From contig CALKCF010000001.1 of assembly GCA_938083505.1 (NCBI GenBank), positions 1-64,000 of the forward strand: a DNA stretch of 64,000 nt. The letters run 5' to 3'. Positions 47,437 to 57,817 of the stretch are shown here, piece by piece. The stretch comes from an uncultured archaeon. Its GTDB lineage: Archaea; Thermoproteota; Nitrososphaeria_A; Caldarchaeales; Wolframiiraptoraceae. How positions within the stretch are numbered: the first letter of the stretch is position 1; each line of letters opens with the position of its first letter. Below the pieces are notes generated by a model. It was not told the DNA's origin. It saw only the letters and a list, made by a program, of their open reading frames with translations, and made no database searches. The translations under genes were made by a program, and so were the position numbers.

Positions 47437-48315
47437 TTGGGCATATCACCACAAACACGCTTCGGTAACAAAAGACTCATAGGCCTCATTGGACAACCGG
47501 TTAAGCATTCGATATCACCGGATATTCACAATGCTGCTTTTAACTATATGAACCTCGATTACTTTTACATCGCCTTTGATGTGAAGGAAAGGGCCTTAGG
47601 ACTTGCTGTTAAGGGTCTTAAGGCCCTAGGAGCTTTAGGTTTTAATGTAACGATACCATATAAGCAGAAGGTCGTGAAGTTCCTGGATAAACTTGTAGAC
47701 GATGCTAAAGTCCTAAAGACCGTAAATACTGTGGTGATCGAAAAAGATAGAATGATTGGGTACAATACAGATGTTTTAGGTATAATGAATACCCTGGTGC
47801 CTTACAAAGACGTAATAAGTGGTTGTGAAGCATTGATTCTTGGTGCAGGTGGAGGCGCTTCTGCCGCCGCCTTAGCCTTGGCCAGATTTGGTTGTAATCA
47901 CATAACGTTTGCTAACCGAACACTTTCAAGGGCCCGTAGGCTTGCGAACTTCCTACGTCAGAAGATTAAAATTTCTGCAGAGGGCATAGGTCTTTCGGCC
48001 AGCAACTTATCTGCAATTGCCAAAACTTGTGGTATTGTAATCAACGCGACACCCATCGGTATGTGGCCGAATAACAATAATTCATTGCTTAAAAAGGAAC
48101 AGATACGAAGTGGCTCTATAATAATGGATATGGTATACAATCCTTCTGAAACAGCACTCCTTAGAGAAGCAAAGCTTGCAGGTGCTATATGCGTCTCCGG
48201 ACTTGACATGTTGGTATTTCAGGCTGCAGAGTCCTTTAAATTATGGACATCCTTAGAGCCGCCGATAGAGGTTATGAAGGAGGTTGCCTTAGAGGCAATA
48301 GGTCGTTTTGTATGA
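47437..48315 (+). CDS. aroE: Shikimate dehydrogenase
   Basis: G.PVKHS.SP.IHN, GFNVTIPYK, VNT, GYNTD, GAGG, NRT, NATPIGM, DMVYNP. Confidence 0.95.
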   Translation: MGISPQTRFGNKRLIGLIGQPVKHSISPDIHNAAFNYMNLDYFYIAFDVKERALGLAVKGLKALGALGFNVTIPYKQKVVKFLDKLVDDAKVLKTVNTVVIEKDRMIGYNTDVLGIMNTLVPYKDVISGCEALILGAGGGASAAALALARFGCNHITFANRTLSRARRLANFLRQKIKISAEGIGLSASNLSAIAKTCGIVINATPIGMWPNNNNSLLKKEQIRSGSIIMDMVYNPSETALLREAKLAGAICVSGLDMLVFQAAESFKLWTSLEPPIEVMKEVALEAIGRFV

Positions 48316-49190
48316 AGGCGAGCGCTAGGGCGCACGGCGCTATAACGATCGTTAACGCCATATCGATTGGTAAAGGGGCGGCCATGGGTATCGATCTTTA
48401 TACAGAGGTCACTGTGGAGATAGGTGGTAAAGACATAGATGTGATGATAAAGGAAAACCCGGATGAGGATACAACACTAGCGAAGGTGGCGGTAAGCAAA
48501 GTCTTGAAGTTGGCACATATGAACTGCGGAGCTTATGTCGAAATCAGCTCAAACATACCAATCGGCAAGGGATTGAAGAGTTCCAGCGCAGCCGCCAATG
48601 CTATAGTTCTGGCTACGGCAAGGGCTGCGGATTTGAACTTGAATGATATTGAGATGTTAAATATAGCCGTTGACGCGGCAATAGAAGCTGGCGTTACCAT
48701 AACCGGTGCATATGACGATGCGTGTGCTAGCTATTATGGCGGCATAGTCATCACAGATAATTTGAAGAGGCAGATTGTGAGAAAGGATAAAGCTCCAGAA
48801 GACCTTTTTGTTATTTTGCTCGTCCCAGAATCAAAGAGTTATACTAAATTTTTTGATAAGAACGTACTTAAATCTATTGCATCATTTATTGAGGATGTAT
48901 ATAGCATGACTCTGAACGGGGAATATTGGAAAGCCCTGACACTTAACGGCATACTTCATTCGGTGGTGTTAAATTACGACGCGAAAAAAGCTATAAACGC
49001 TATGAAAGCAGGAGCTTTAGCTGCCGGTCTATCTGGAACCGGGCCCGCCATTGCCGCTGTATGTAGAAAAGATGCTTTGGACAACGTTGTCAATACATTA
49101 AGCGAAAAGAGATGTAAGCTCATAATAGCTAAACCGAATAACAAAAAAGCTTACTCATGGAGAGGTGGTCGTGTTGCAGGTTTCGATTAA
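48312..49190 (+). CDS. aroK: Archaeal GHMP-type shikimate kinase
   Basis: GAITIVNAI..GKG, IPIGKGLKSSSA, TGAYDDA, GLSGTGP; start at ATG 48312. Confidence 0.93.
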   Translation: MKASARAHGAITIVNAISIGKGAAMGIDLYTEVTVEIGGKDIDVMIKENPDEDTTLAKVAVSKVLKLAHMNCGAYVEISSNIPIGKGLKSSSAAANAIVLATARAADLNLNDIEMLNIAVDAAIEAGVTITGAYDDACASYYGGIVITDNLKRQIVRKDKAPEDLFVILLVPESKSYTKFFDKNVLKSIASFIEDVYSMTLNGEYWKALTLNGILHSVVLNYDAKKAINAMKAGALAAGLSGTGPAIAAVCRKDALDNVVNTLSEKRCKLIIAKPNNKKAYSWRGGRVAGFD

Positions 49191-50463
49191 ACCCTCAGTG
49201 ATATATGGTAGGGTACAAGCACCTCCCAGCAAAAGCTACAGCCATAGGGCTATAATAGCTGCCTCTATGTCAGATGGCGAATGTGTTGTAGAAAACGTTT
49301 CAAAATCCGATGATGTTCTTGCCACAATTAGTGCGTGTAAAAAATTTGGCACCTCAATAGTCGAAGAAGGTGATAAGCTCATCATCGACGGCCTCTCAAC
49401 ACCTAAGACACCAGAGGATGTTGTGAACGTTCAGAACTCGGGAACGACATTGAGGATAATGACTGGTATAAGTTGCTTAGTTCAAGACGGGTACGTAATA
49501 CTCACGGGCGATGAGAGTATAAGAAGAAGGCCAATGCAGCCACTCCTTGACGCCCTTAACATGCTTGGAGGGGAGTGCTGGTCTACAAGGCTTAATGGTT
49601 GCGCTCCCATTGTCGTTAAAGGTGGTGGATTAAAGGGTGGGAATGCCTGGATGAATGGTAAAGTATCTTCCCAGTTCGTATCATCCATACTGTTCTCATC
49701 ACCGAAGGCTACAAGCGATACGACGCTCACGATACAAGGAGATCTCGTATCAAAACCTTACGTTGACGCCACCATACATGTACTAGAACAGTTCAACATT
49801 CATATAGAAAGGGAAGGATACAAAGTATTTCGCATTGCTTCACAGCAGAATTTTAAGCCCACGCATTTTGTAGTGCCCGGAGATTTTGGGCTTGCCTCCT
49901 TCATGATGGCTGCAGCGCTTATTACAGATGGTTCAGTAAATGTTGAAGGGCTTAATCAAGAGTTACCGCAAGCCGATGCTGCCATAGTTGATATACTTAT
50001 CAAGATGGGGGCCAGCGTTAAGTTGGATTACAGTTCTAGGCGTGTAACAGTTAGTGGAGGTGGAAGGCTTAAGGGCGGTAGCTTTAACTTATCCGATTCT
50101 CCAGACCTTTTGCCAGTCTTAGCAGTCCTAGCTACCAAATGTGAAGGGACTGTTGAAATAACAGGTGTGGAACATGCAAGGTTTAAGGAAAGCGATAGGG
50201 TTAGTGCCCTTGCACATGCTCTTTCTATGATAGGAATGAATGTAAAAGAGATGCCGGAGGGATTAAGCATAACGCAAGGTAAATTGGTTAAGCATGCAGT
50301 ACTCGACTCAAAAGGTGACCATAGACTCTTCATGGCCTATTGTCTTTTAGGGCTCATCCTAGAAGAGGGGTGCACTATAGCGGGAGCAGAGTGCATGAAC
50401 GTATCTTATCCGAATTTTCTTAGAGACCTTGCTAGTTTAGGTGCAAAAATTGAGCTCATATAA
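49165..50463 (+). CDS. aroA: EPSP synthase (3-phosphoshikimate 1-carboxyvinyltransferase)
   Basis: PPSKSYSHRA, NSGTTLR, RRPM, SSQFVS, KESDR, DHR, SYP.F. Confidence 0.96.
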   Translation: MVVLQVSIKPSVIYGRVQAPPSKSYSHRAIIAASMSDGECVVENVSKSDDVLATISACKKFGTSIVEEGDKLIIDGLSTPKTPEDVVNVQNSGTTLRIMTGISCLVQDGYVILTGDESIRRRPMQPLLDALNMLGGECWSTRLNGCAPIVVKGGGLKGGNAWMNGKVSSQFVSSILFSSPKATSDTTLTIQGDLVSKPYVDATIHVLEQFNIHIEREGYKVFRIASQQNFKPTHFVVPGDFGLASFMMAAALITDGSVNVEGLNQELPQADAAIVDILIKMGASVKLDYSSRRVTVSGGGRLKGGSFNLSDSPDLLPVLAVLATKCEGTVEITGVEHARFKESDRVSALAHALSMIGMNVKEMPEGLSITQGKLVKHAVLDSKGDHRLFMAYCLLGLILEEGCTIAGAECMNVSYPNFLRDLASLGAKIELI

Positions 50464-50486
50464 CTATACTAAGTTTAAATTTAAAT

Positions 50487-50505
50487 AATAGTTAGGCTAA
50501 CCTAA
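50487..50505 (+). promoter_or_regulatory. DtxR/IdeR-type iron-repressor operator upstream of feoAB
   Basis: TTAGG-CTAA-CCTAA palindrome at 50492-50505, immediately downstream of TATA-like TTTAAATA (50480-50487). Confidence 0.7.
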
Positions 50506-50529
50506 TTCTGACAAACTCTATGGAAGGTA

Positions 50530-50838
50530 ATGATGCCCGAACGTTGTGGATGTCATAGGCAGAGGCATATGTATAGACACGGTCAACGACTCGGAGATTT
50601 AGTCTCTTTGCTAGAGCTTAAAAACGGTCAGGAAGGCGTAGTGGTTATTCTAGAAGGAGATGAAAAAGTCATTCATAGACTTTCAGAGTTAGGCATAGTA
50701 CCCAACACTATCATAAAGGTTATAAACTCGATACCTTTTGGTGGACCTGTTGAAATCCTTGTAAGAGGGAGCAAACTCATTATCGGAAGGGATATTGCCA
50801 AAGGAGTATTGGTACGTGTAGAAGAGTGCGAAAAATGA
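50530..50838 (+). CDS. feoA: Ferrous iron transport protein A
   Basis: RLSELGIVPNT.IKV....PFGGPV...VRGSKLIIGR. Confidence 0.92.
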   Translation: MMPERCGCHRQRHMYRHGQRLGDLVSLLELKNGQEGVVVILEGDEKVIHRLSELGIVPNTIIKVINSIPFGGPVEILVRGSKLIIGRDIAKGVLVRVEECEK

Positions 50839-52784
50839 GTGCCTGCTGTACGCCCTCAAGTACAAAAAAGAATAAAAGAGCAGATTTTGTTGTCGCACTG
50901 GCGGGTAATGCAAACGTCGGTAAGAGCACACTCTTCAATCAGCTAACGGGATTGCATCAACACGTGGGTAATTGGCCAGGTAAGACTGTCGAAAGACGTG
51001 AGGGGAGCCTAGTAGTCGACGGTTACACAATAGATGTTGTAGATCTACCTGGCATATACTCTTTATCAACCTTCTCGATAGAGGAGCTCATATCACGTGA
51101 GTACATAGTATTCGAAAGACCTGATGTTGTAATAAATGTCGTGGATGCCTCTGTGTTAGAGAGAAATCTGTATTTTACACTCCAACTTCTAGAGTTGCAG
51201 GTACCTATTGTTATTGCTCTAAACATGGTTGACTTAGCCGGAGATAAAGGTCTGAGCATAGACGATAAAAAGCTGAGCGAAGAACTTGGCGTACCTGTCG
51301 TTCCTACAGTTGCGAACAAAGGCATAGGTGTATACGAGTTAATTCGACAGGTTATCAATTTAGCACAACGTAAGATAAAGTTAAGACCCATACGAATTAC
51401 GTACAGTAAGGACGTCGAAGAAAGGTTAGAAAAGTTGACAGAACTTCTTAAGAATGAAGACGTAAGTTACCCACTCCGTTTTGTTGCTATAAAACTCCTC
51501 GAAGGGGATGAAGACATTAAAAGAAGGGTTAGTAAAAATATTGTTGAAGTTGCTGAGAAGTTTGCAAAGGAGATCAAGGAAATAAGAGACATACCAGCCC
51601 CAATCGTAATAACTTCTGAAAGATATGCAATTGTAAGCAAAATCATCAAGAAATCCCAGAAAGTTTTAGCATCTCCTAAAATCAGCTTGATGGAGAAAAT
51701 TGACCAATTACTTACACATAAAGTCCTAGGATATTTGATAATGGTGATAGTTATCTTCTCGTCTTTTTACATTATATTCACTTTAGGTGACTATCTTTCT
51801 ACAATACTTTTGGAAACATTTGATTTGATTAAACCATCAATAGTCGCAATAATAGGTGAGATGATGTGGGAAGGGTTCTTTGGTGGGTTCATAGCCGGCG
51901 TTACACTTTTAATTCCATTTGTTTTTCCATTCTATTTGCTTCTCTCTGTATTAGAAGATACAGGATACCTTCCAAGGATTGCGTTCCTTCTTGATAATGT
52001 CATGCATAAGGTAGGCCTTCATGGAAAAGCCATCATACCACTCATCATGGGTTATGGTTGCAATGTTCCCGCATGTTTTGCGTGCAGAATAATGGAAACT
52101 CAAAGGGAGCGACTCATATCTGCATTTGCAGTTACGTTCATTCCTTGCACTGCGCGACTCGTTGTGATATATGCGTTAGTAGGTGTGTTCGTCGGCATAG
52201 AGTGGGCATATCTGTTACTGTTAATAAACTTTGTAGTCGTTATGGGTATGGCGAGACTGGCTTTCAAGGTGTGTCCAGGAGAGTCTATGGGTCTCATAAT
52301 GGAGGTGCCGCCGTTAAGATTGCCTGCATTAAAAACCGTATTGCTGCAGACATGGGGTAACATTAAGTCAATAATCTACATCGTTTTTCCTGTCTACATT
52401 CTGGGAGGTGGAATATTAGCGACATTGTATTCATTCAACTTTTTACAACCAGTAGAAAGTTTGCTAACACCATTAACTGTAGAATGGTTGGGTTTGCCAT
52501 CATACGCAAGTATTCCATTGCTCTTCGGTGTGGTAAGAAAAGAAATGGTCATAATCATGCCGGCCATAATTTTTGGAACCATGAATTTTACACATCTATT
52601 TACACACATCCAAATGATAACGCTAGCGTTTGTGAGCATGTATTACGTGCCTTGCATCTCTACATTCATGATGTTGAAGAGGGAGTTTGGGTGGAAGACA
52701 GCTTACTACATCACGATTTCCCAGATCGCATTTGCAACGTTCCTCGGAGGTTTATTCTACAGAGCTCTCGAAGTGTTACTTTAA
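50835..52784 (+). CDS. feoB: Ferrous iron transport protein B
   Basis: GNANVGKS, GNWPGKTVE, DLPGIYS, NMVD; membrane domain with LEDTGY, GYGCNVP, IPCTAR, YVPC. Confidence 0.96.
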   Translation: MSACCTPSSTKKNKRADFVVALAGNANVGKSTLFNQLTGLHQHVGNWPGKTVERREGSLVVDGYTIDVVDLPGIYSLSTFSIEELISREYIVFERPDVVINVVDASVLERNLYFTLQLLELQVPIVIALNMVDLAGDKGLSIDDKKLSEELGVPVVPTVANKGIGVYELIRQVINLAQRKIKLRPIRITYSKDVEERLEKLTELLKNEDVSYPLRFVAIKLLEGDEDIKRRVSKNIVEVAEKFAKEIKEIRDIPAPIVITSERYAIVSKIIKKSQKVLASPKISLMEKIDQLLTHKVLGYLIMVIVIFSSFYIIFTLGDYLSTILLETFDLIKPSIVAIIGEMMWEGFFGGFIAGVTLLIPFVFPFYLLLSVLEDTGYLPRIAFLLDNVMHKVGLHGKAIIPLIMGYGCNVPACFACRIMETQRERLISAFAVTFIPCTARLVVIYALVGVFVGIEWAYLLLLINFVVVMGMARLAFKVCPGESMGLIMEVPPLRLPALKTVLLQTWGNIKSIIYIVFPVYILGGGILATLYSFNFLQPVESLLTPLTVEWLGLPSYASIPLLFGVVRKEMVIIMPAIIFGTMNFTHLFTHIQMITLAFVSMYYVPCISTFMMLKREFGWKTAYYITISQIAFATFLGGLFYRALEVLL

Positions 52785-53917
52785 CCTATAACTAACTTTT
52801 CAGGTATCAGTTTCCCTTCCTTGAACCTAGTAGGTAGGAACGGTCTCATGAGCTCGTCTATTTCTCCGTACAATATGTTCTTAGCCAACAGCTTACCGAT
52901 TAGAGGCCCCATCATGAAGCCATGACCACTATCACCGTAGCTCACGTAAAGCCCTTCCGGCCACTCAGGGTCCCTTCCCATTATATGGCTTGAATCTGCA
53001 GACATGGAGTAATACCCGCTCCAGCATCTCATGATTCTGGCTCCTCTTAACGCAGGGAACCTCTTGTATACGGCTTTTGCCCACTTTACCAAGAACTCAA
53101 GTGTGTTCTCCAACGGCAGGAGTCCACTCTTTGCTGGAATCTCTATACTTCCGAGTATCTCACCTTTAAGTGCTTGACCAATATACGCTGAAGTTCCGAA
53201 GTCTATGATCAGAGGTTTAATAAAGTATTTGTAAGACTCCGTTAGGGCAATCTCCTTCCTTTCGGGTTCCGTTGGTAACTCAATTCCCAAACCTATCAGG
53301 AGCTCATCAGTCCAAGCACCTGCAGTCAACAAAACGACATCAGCTTCTATATTGCCTTGAGGTAGTTCAACGCCTATAACTTTGTTGTTTTCTACGAGTA
53401 CCCTTTTAACGGGAGACTTCTCGAAGAGCCTGGCACCAAGCTTAGTTGCTGCTTTGTAGTAACCGAACGCTACGTAACTGTGAAAACAGCTTCCGTTCTG
53501 CGGACCAAAGAAGCCTTCAACAACGTCATCCGTGTATATATACGGATACCTTTCTTTAATTTCTGATGATGAGAGAAACTTTCCAGCTATCCCAAGCCGC
53601 TCCCACATTTTGTTCTTTTCACGGAATGCTTTAACTTGCTCCTCACTAAACAGCAACCAAAGATAGCCACCTGTTGTCACTATAATATTCCAGCCAGTAA
53701 TCGATGATAGTTTGAGCATAATTTTCTTTGCTTCTAAAGCAAACCTAGAATTTTCCTCGGTCCAGAAATGAACCCTGAACCTGCTGGCAGACCTTACCGT
53801 TGAACCATATGATAGATACTCCTTTTCTAAGATGATTATATTCTTTGCTCCAAGCTTTGCTAAGTTATATGCTGAAGAGAGTCCCATAACTCCTGAACCA
53901 ACTATCACGATTCTCAT
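52781..53917 (-). CDS. FAD-dependent oxidoreductase, proline dehydrogenase/sarcosine oxidase beta-type subunit
   Basis: IVGSGVMG, GST.R, AGAW, RCWSGYY...D, SGHGFMMGP. Confidence 0.85.
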   Translation of the reverse strand: MRIVIVGSGVMGLSSAYNLAKLGAKNIIILEKEYLSYGSTVRSASRFRVHFWTEENSRFALEAKKIMLKLSSITGWNIIVTTGGYLWLLFSEEQVKAFREKNKMWERLGIAGKFLSSSEIKERYPYIYTDDVVEGFFGPQNGSCFHSYVAFGYYKAATKLGARLFEKSPVKRVLVENNKVIGVELPQGNIEADVVLLTAGAWTDELLIGLGIELPTEPERKEIALTESYKYFIKPLIIDFGTSAYIGQALKGEILGSIEIPAKSGLLPLENTLEFLVKWAKAVYKRFPALRGARIMRCWSGYYSMSADSSHIMGRDPEWPEGLYVSYGDSGHGFMMGPLIGKLLAKNILYGEIDELMRPFLPTRFKEGKLIPEKLVIG

Positions 53918-55710
53918 GTTTTATTCATCTCCATAGCAGCCAGCAAGTTAATGGGCATAGATATGGTAAGCGGTCTTTGTCTAGCTATACCTACTGCGTT
54001 AGGACTTAAGCCTGCGACATATGCTATGTATAACGCAGAATTAACAAGGCATAGCCTGCCCTGACAGCTAGCCGTGCCGATTCCAGTACTACGCTTCACC
54101 TTCTCAAGACATGTGAAGCCGTAGACGGATATAGAGCGGTGCAGGTCCCACAGCCTGATGTCTTCACAGAAACAAACGAATGCATCTCTTCTCGGTCCTG
54201 AGCAGAATAACGTGGGCAGCTCGGTTATCTTCTCATCTGGAATAAGGGCCGTTTCAAAAGACCTGAATACCTTCTCTTTGGGGTCGCTTATGCCAAACTT
54301 TTGGAGCAATGATCTGTATTCTTTCACGAGCGCCTCACGTTCAGCTTCGGCACTAGTTTTATTTAACATAACAGCGGCGGAGAGTCCTGCGATTCTTCCT
54401 TCGATTATGTGAAGTATTCCATAGGGTGAGCCGGAAGCACCACCCGCCACGAAAAGACCATCCTTTGAAGTTCTCATGAAAAAATCATGAAGTGGTAGAA
54501 AGCCAAGCTCTTTGACGTATGCTATTTTTGCACCAGCTTGGGCAGAAATCCTTATGTCAGGGTTCGTAGAAGCTGCGCAAATTACGCAATCAACGTTTAA
54601 CCTAAACTCCTCACCCTCACATTTTACCTTAAGAAGTTTAACCATCTCTTTTCCTATTGCAACAATCTCTTTCACTCCATGTATGACGTCACCTTTACCG
54701 GTATTGCCACACGATTTGTCAAGTACGACCGTATTGACGTCATTTTTTTTCAGATTTTCTGCTAACCTTAATCCACGTTCTGTGGCTCCCAATATGGCAA
54801 CATTCTTTCCTGGAATAACGCCGTGCATATTTAACATCATGAGAGCGGATGAAGCGTCTATTATTCCTGGCAAGTCGTTATTGGCGAATATGCATGGCAA
54901 ATCTACGGTGCCCGTAGCAACAATATACGCTTTAGCTGAGATTATATAAGGTGTTCCAACATTGAGCGGATAAGGTGAAAATGCAAGCGCTGCATCTTCA
55001 AAGAAGCCAACAAATGTAGTTTTCGATAAGACCCTCACACCAAGTTCAAGTGCTTTTCTCCTCAGGTTTTTTACGAATACGTGACCAGGTTCTGATATTC
55101 CAGGCGGTTCAAACTTGTCGTATAACATCTCCCCGCCGAGCTCAACACCATCATCTATTTGGAGAACCTTAAGATCGTACTTTCTGGCCTCGATGGCTGC
55201 TGAAAGTCCAGCTGAGCCACCACCGATTATCACTAAATCAGCATTTTCTACAATCGTGGAAACACTATGCGAAATTTCATATTTAGCTGGTTCTGGATTA
55301 TTGATGCTATTTGCAATGAACTTAAGAGCTATAGGCCAAATTAACCTATTCTTCACGAGAGGTTTATGTAGCAGACTCGTGTCTACCATGGATTCGAAAA
55401 CACGCATTAATAACGGTCTTTTTTGTTGGGTACGAACCTTAAGCCCATCCGTTAGATAAATTTCGGACGGGTTCATGGCGGGTATGCCGTTTATGCTGAC
55501 CATTACCGTTCTAGCTTGTGGATGTAAACTGAAGAATCCACGAGGTCTGTAGAGCTTTTTGCTCCTACCAAGAAATTTTATACCGTTAGCGTATAACGCT
55601 ACGCTTATGGATTCCGACGTAAAGCCACTTATAGTCGCGCCATTAACGTCGATAGAAACAACGTTACCTTGGCTATCTGCCGTCAAATCCTTAGCACGTA
55701 AAGCACCCAT
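53914..55710 (-). CDS. Proline dehydrogenase/sarcosine oxidase alpha-type subunit with C-terminal BFD-like [2Fe-2S] domain
   Basis: RSKKLYRPRG, IIGGGSAGLSAA, VATG, NNDLPG, CFCED...GTASCQGRLC. Confidence 0.82.
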   Translation of the reverse strand: MGALRAKDLTADSQGNVVSIDVNGATISGFTSESISVALYANGIKFLGRSKKLYRPRGFFSLHPQARTVMVSINGIPAMNPSEIYLTDGLKVRTQQKRPLLMRVFESMVDTSLLHKPLVKNRLIWPIALKFIANSINNPEPAKYEISHSVSTIVENADLVIIGGGSAGLSAAIEARKYDLKVLQIDDGVELGGEMLYDKFEPPGISEPGHVFVKNLRRKALELGVRVLSKTTFVGFFEDAALAFSPYPLNVGTPYIISAKAYIVATGTVDLPCIFANNDLPGIIDASSALMMLNMHGVIPGKNVAILGATERGLRLAENLKKNDVNTVVLDKSCGNTGKGDVIHGVKEIVAIGKEMVKLLKVKCEGEEFRLNVDCVICAASTNPDIRISAQAGAKIAYVKELGFLPLHDFFMRTSKDGLFVAGGASGSPYGILHIIEGRIAGLSAAVMLNKTSAEAEREALVKEYRSLLQKFGISDPKEKVFRSFETALIPDEKITELPTLFCSGPRRDAFVCFCEDIRLWDLHRSISVYGFTCLEKVKRSTGIGTASCQGRLCLVNSALYIAYVAGLSPNAVGIARQRPLTISMPINLLAAMEMNKT

Positions 55711-55760
55711 GTCTCTAAATTTATAGGGATCAATTTAAAAACTTTTTAAAACATTATAAA

Positions 55761-56684
55761 TTGAAGAACTGTGCTAAGACTTGGTGGTATTCGTTGGGAG
55801 GGCCATGGTCCGCTCTAGTCAATTATTGGCAAGTTACAAAACCACGTACATGGTTCCTTCTAACATTCACCGGATTTTGTAGCGCCATAGTTGGTTTCGG
55901 AGTTTCTGGAAAAAACATAGATTGGTATGTCGTCATGCTGACAACTTTAGCCATTATCTTAGGTTCAGCAGGAGCTAATGCGATCACATGTTATATAGAT
56001 AGAGATATTGATGCTGTAATGGATAGGACTAGAATGAGACCCTTACCCTCTGGTAAGATAAAGCCAGCTGAAAAAGCACTTTACTTTGGTCTCATACTCT
56101 CAACGATAGCCATCGCGATATCCATTATGCTTAATCTCATATGCTTTGGTCTGATGCTCTTCGGATTAATAGACAACATCTTAGTTTATAACAAATGGTT
56201 AAAGCGCCGAAACCCCATTAATATAATAGCTGGCAGCTTTTCTGGTGGTGCGCCAGCTATGATAGGTTACTCAGCGGCTACAACCGAAAATCTCACTTTC
56301 GGCTTAATACTTGCAGCAATTGTCGTTCTTTGGGTACCTACACATATCTGGAGTCTTGCACTCAAATATAAGGAGGATTATATGAAAGTAAAAGTTCCTA
56401 TGTTACCAGTAGTCGTGCCTGAAAAAGTTGCTATAAGGTGTATAGCATCTACCAGCGTCTTGATGGTGGCGTTCAGCTTTTTGCCGGTCCTTATGAGCGT
56501 TTTTCAAATGATATACGCGATGATAGCATCCATTTTCGGTGCAGTAATTTTAATTCTTAACTCCTTGCTTGTCATCAGGCCGGATGCTAGGAAAGCGTGG
56601 TTTGTATTTAAGATGTCAAGTCCTTACTTAGCTGCCTTATTCACGGCTATGGTCCTTGATGTTTTCTTCCTAACTCACCTATAG
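55761..56684 (+). CDS. ctaB: Protoheme IX farnesyltransferase (heme o synthase)
   Basis: TKPR, DRDID..M.RT..RPLPSG, LKRR...NI..G, W.PTH.WSLA....EDY...VPMLP. Confidence 0.93.
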   Translation: MKNCAKTWWYSLGGPWSALVNYWQVTKPRTWFLLTFTGFCSAIVGFGVSGKNIDWYVVMLTTLAIILGSAGANAITCYIDRDIDAVMDRTRMRPLPSGKIKPAEKALYFGLILSTIAIAISIMLNLICFGLMLFGLIDNILVYNKWLKRRNPINIIAGSFSGGAPAMIGYSAATTENLTFGLILAAIVVLWVPTHIWSLALKYKEDYMKVKVPMLPVVVPEKVAIRCIASTSVLMVAFSFLPVLMSVFQMIYAMIASIFGAVILILNSLLVIRPDARKAWFVFKMSSPYLAALFTAMVLDVFFLTHL

Positions 56685-57343
56685 TTTATTGTCCTATCTG
56701 GTTTAATCGCTGAGAGAACATATTCAACAAACTGCATCTCCGGTAAGGCTCCCTCAAAAGAAACAACATCGTTTATTATGGTCTTAGGAACTGCTATAAC
56801 GTCGTATTTATTCGCAAGTTGAGGAAATTCTATAGCCTCTATCATATCAGCCCTAATGAGCTCGTTCTCGATCGCCAACTGATGCGCAACCCTTACAGCT
56901 CTAGGACAATATGGACAGGTTGGTGTTACGAATACCTGAATATGTACAGGCTCCTTTACGTTTTTAATTTTTTCTTTTACTATAGGTTGGAGTTTTGTCG
57001 TTCCCCTTGACGCATCTATTATAGTGTCGATGAAAGCTGGAAATTCATAACCCGTCGGTAAACCAAAGAACCTTATGCCGTACTCACGGATGCCAAATAC
57101 TGCTGTTGCCGGTATTTTATCTATGCCCCACCTTTGCGCTTTCTCGTAATCCTTTTCGAAATCGAATACTTCGAGCTTTATCTTATCTGAAAGCGACGCT
57201 AGGTCTTCCATCAATTCTCTATTTGTTGCACAATACTCACACTCAAAATCCTGCGTAAATACAATGAGCCTAACATCGTTTTCCATATTTCTATTAAGCT
57301 TTTCTGCAATAAGCTTTTTCTCCCTTTCTTTCAAGATGGGCAT
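56675..57343 (-). CDS. Protein disulfide oxidoreductase (two thioredoxin folds)
   Basis: CEYC and CPYC sites, G.P.GYEF. Confidence 0.92.
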   Translation of the reverse strand: MPILKEREKKLIAEKLNRNMENDVRLIVFTQDFECEYCATNRELMEDLASLSDKIKLEVFDFEKDYEKAQRWGIDKIPATAVFGIREYGIRFFGLPTGYEFPAFIDTIIDASRGTTKLQPIVKEKIKNVKEPVHIQVFVTPTCPYCPRAVRVAHQLAIENELIRADMIEAIEFPQLANKYDVIAVPKTIINDVVSFEGALPEMQFVEYVLSAIKPDRTINYR

Positions 57344-57375
57344 TAATCAAATATTTACGAGTCAAATTTATAAAT

Positions 57376-57798
57376 CTAACGGTTATCATCTATAGCCTCA
57401 TTAGCAAGCTCGTCGGCCAGCTTGTTCAACTCTCTGGAGATGTGAAAGTACTCGACATTAAGTAATCTTTCCAGCTCTTTAACCTCGGAGTAAAGCTTGC
57501 CAAGCCTTGCCTCTTTAACAGAGAATTCACCCCTAAGCTGCTTCACTATCAGCTCACTATCGGAGAAAACCTTTACTTTTTTTACATTAAACTCTATAGC
57601 TAACTTTAGTCCTTCTAGGAGTGCTAAATATTCGACCTCATTGTTTGTTTTGTTGCCAACAAACTTCTTGAAACAAATCGTCTTAGAATTGAACTTGAGA
57701 ACAATGCCGATACCAGCGGGTCCAGGATTACCTCTAGATGCACCGTCAACGTATATCTCGACCTCGGCAAGCCCTTGAGTGCTGCGATTTGATTGCAA
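57376..57798 (-). CDS. rnhA: Ribonuclease HI family protein
   Basis: DGASRGNPGPAG, TNNEVEY, SDSELIV.Q, N.LAD.LA. Confidence 0.92.
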   Translation of the reverse strand: MQSNRSTQGLAEVEIYVDGASRGNPGPAGIGIVLKFNSKTICFKKFVGNKTNNEVEYLALLEGLKLAIEFNVKKVKVFSDSELIVKQLRGEFSVKEARLGKLYSEVKELERLLNVEYFHISRELNKLADELANEAIDDNR

Positions 57799-57817
57799 GT
57801 AATTTTTACCCTAAAGT

